DNA of 63,990 bases, the filler included, from Octopus bimaculoides (Eukaryota), in assembly GCF_001194135.2 (NCBI RefSeq). It is 3 parts of 3 records of this genome, joined end to end, with 100 filler letters (N's around TTAATTAATTAA, not from the genome) between each part and the next. Parts side by side here need not be neighbours in the genome. Positions count along the whole stretch, not along the records: positions 46,924 to 63,990 come from NC_069002.1; 2 more parts are not named here. One strand, 5' to 3'. The translations under genes were made by a program, and so were the position numbers. Below the pieces are notes generated by a model, which had not been told where the DNA came from, ran no database searches, and saw only the letters and a program-made list of their open reading frames with translations. Positions 61,122 through 63,990 of the stretch are shown here, piece by piece (within the stretch, counting starts at the first letter, position 1; every line of letters begins with the position of its first letter).

Positions 61122-63990
61122 ATATATATATATATATANNNNNNNNNNNNNNNNNNNNNNNNNNNNNNNNNNNNNNNNNNNNNNNNNNNNNNNNNNNNNN
61201 NNNNNNNNNNNNNNNNNNNNNNNNNNNNNNNNNNNNNNNNNNNNNNNNNNNNNNNNNNNNNNNNNNNNNNNNNNNNNNNNNNNNNNNNNNNNNNNNNNNN
61301 NNNNNNNNNNNNNNNNNNNNNNNNNNNNNNNNNNNNNNNNNNNNNNNNNNNNNNNNNNNNNNNNNNNNNNNNNNNNNNNNNNNNNNNNNNNNNNNNNNNN
61401 NNNNNNNNNNNNNNNNNNNNNNNNNNNNNNNNNNNNNNNNNNNNNNNNNNNNNNNNNNNNNNNNNNNNNNNNNNNNNNNNNNNNNNNNNNNNNNNNNNNN
61501 NNNNNNNNNNNNNNNNNNNNNNNNNNNNNNNNNNNNNNNNNNNNNNNNNNNNNNNNNNNNNNNNNNNNNNNNNNNNNNNNNNNNNNNNNNNNNNNNNNNN
61601 NNNNNNNNNNNNNNNNNNNNNNNNNNNNNNNNNNNNNNNNNNNNNNNNNNNNNNNNNNNNNNNNNNNNNNNNNNNNNNNNNNNNNNNNNNNNNNNNNNNN
61701 NNNNNNNNNNNNNNNNNNNNNNNNNNNNNNNNNNNNNNNNNNNNNNNNNNNNNNNNNNNNNNNNNNNNNNNNNNNNNNNNNNNNNNNNNNNNNNNNNNNN
61801 NNNNNNNNNNNATATATATATGTGTGTATGCATATATATATGTATGTATGTATTCTTTTTGATCGTTATCTAAATTTCAGCGATAGAGTCTTTCCCTTGG
61901 TTCTTTAAAATAAGTACTGGAAATCAAAGGGACCCTACACACACATATTTTGCGTACATGCAAAAAATATATATAAATCACACACACTCACTTATAATAC
62001 CGTTTGTGTATGTGTGTGTGGTGGGGTGTGTGTGTCAATGTATATAAAGAAATTTACAGGATATCTATTTTCAGAGTAGAATATATATTTTTGGCTAAAT
62101 CAATCATAGCATTTTGACATCATGATAGCACTATTTACGAGTTTATATTTCCTAGTTTGATTTTGCCTTTGGCGATATAGATTTTCAAGCAAGCGAATAT
62201 AAATTATAGTTGAAAGATTATTTTGTCGGAAATCTGGTGTTTAGAATCAACGAACAGGAATACGTAAATATAGAGCAATATAGTTGGTATTGATTTATTA
62301 CACAGGCACAAAAACGCAGATTTGGCGGGACCGCTCTCGTCAATGACATCGACCCAGTGTTTGATCGACCTTTATTATATCGACCCCGTATAAATAGGTG
62401 GTAAACTCGGTATTAGCGGAATTTACACTCAAAGCGTGAAGAACTGTAAACAAATAGCATTAGACATTTTGTTCGACGCTCTAATGATTCAGCCAGCTTA
62501 CTGCTATTTGAATCGTTACGTATTAAAGATATCATTGAAGTAAGAATCAGTAGAGCGTCCGCTGACAGCAGTGTCTTGCATTGTTATACTCATTTGTAAG
62601 GCGGTGAGCTGGCAGAATCGTTTGCACGGCGGGTGTAATGCTCAAAGTTATTTCGTCTGTTGTTACGTTCTGAGTTCAAATTCCACCGAGGTCGATTTTG
62701 CCTTTTATCCTTTCAGGGTTGATAAATTAAGTATCAGTTGAGCACTGGAGTCGAGGTAATTGAAATAACCCATACCCCTAAAATTTCAGGCCTTGTGCCT
62801 TTATTAGAAAGGGTAATTATACTCATTTGTATAAAAGCGTTGAGCTGGCAGCATTTTTAACACATCAGACAAAACACTATTCATCATTTCATCCATCCTT
62901 ACGGTCTGAGATCAAATTCCGGCGTTCTTAGCTTTGTTTCATTTTACCTTACCGGGGTCAATGTACCAACTGAGTACGGGTGTCGATACAATCGACAAAC
63001 CCCCTCCCACCAAATTCTGCGTATAACAAAAAGGATTATAATTCAGAGTTGTGTAACTTTGTGTTCTGAGTTCGAATTCTGTTTGAGGCCGACTTTAAAT
63101 TTCATGTCAAAAGTTATTTATTTCAATCGATATAGATCACTGCCTGTCTTTGATGTGGGTTTTCAACACTTTGATGGAGTCGCAAGGACGTCGTCATCAT
63201 ATACAACACATCATGTTTTGTCTTTTGTTTGTTTTATTTATTTATTTATTTTTTTGCTTTTTAGGATTGGTGGAGTGCATCTCTACTTAAGTCTGACAAA
63301 AGCCGAATACTTTCAGAAAGAGAATCACACAGACAGAAAGAGAATAACTGACTCCGGTACAAGACCGGTATTTTATTTATCAACTCCGAACGGAGGAAAG
63401 GCAGAGCTGATCGCGGATTGAACTTAGAATAATGAACGACTGAACTATTAACTAAAAGCAAATATATCTTCGCCGGCCAGACACTATCGCTTATCCACAT
63501 TATTATGTCAAAGATCAATATTGAACAACATTTACAAACTCTTGCCTCTCAATAAATGTACGGCACTGTGTAAGCTAACACAAAGATCAAATTTTAATTC
63601 CTGACTACAGAATATGGTAAATTACATTGAAATACAAACGCCTATCAGAAGAAATCAAATCGCCATCATTATGAATTTGCCAGTCAACATTGCACTCAGA
63701 AAGATTAAAAACAAAGAAAAATATTAACCTCACCCATAGGAAAGGTTAACTAAACATATAAAGGTTATTGAGGTTTCTGAACACCATGCTGCCATTCAGA
63801 AAAGATGGAGTAGGTATCAGTAATAAATTCAGGACTAATTTCAAGACTAAATGAAAAATATGCTAACTAAGATAACTGATAATTAGCATTCTCATTAGTG
63901 GAAATAGATCGATATTGAATTTTACAGAAATTTGATATAAAGTAGGTTCTCTTAGGAAAAACAAGTACAGAGAAGGAAATTATATATATA

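Noticed and set aside
10086-61908. Many long ORFs in the ORF track (poly-X, YIYI, HTHT, ERER, LSIY, poly-I/L/Y)
   Set aside because: They read through N-gaps or microsatellites and show no coding signal.

Overview
AT-rich, repeat-dense metazoan genomic DNA from a gapped draft assembly. The repeat families suggest a cephalopod (Octopus-like); this is inference. Main gene: 12 phase-consistent GT-AG exons on the minus strand (44511 down to 25424) encode a SPAG1-like TPR co-chaperone (dynein assembly factor). Its first coding exon(s) and its whole C-terminal part (third TPR cluster plus RPAP3_C) could not be found. A second, unidentified gene is probably present on the plus strand as four phase-consistent exons (1133-16104), including a 19-nt microexon. 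The rest is tRNA-derived SINEs, RTE and Tx1/L1 LINE pieces, Penelope-like remnants, a full-length Tc1, mariner/maT/Tigger/Helitron fragments, microsatellites and N-gaps. The most interesting non-genic signals are: (i) three minimal type I hammerhead-ribozyme folds in repeats, one inside a tRNA-headed SINE and two in Penelope pLTR-like repeats; (ii) an ORF1-only (HAL1-like) retroelement with a 15-bp TSD inserted next to one of these hammerheads; (iii) a locally templated 333-bp insertion flanked by a 23-bp duplication; (iv) several long near-perfect hairpins in introns; (v) a sharp CpG-content transition near 45-49 kb.
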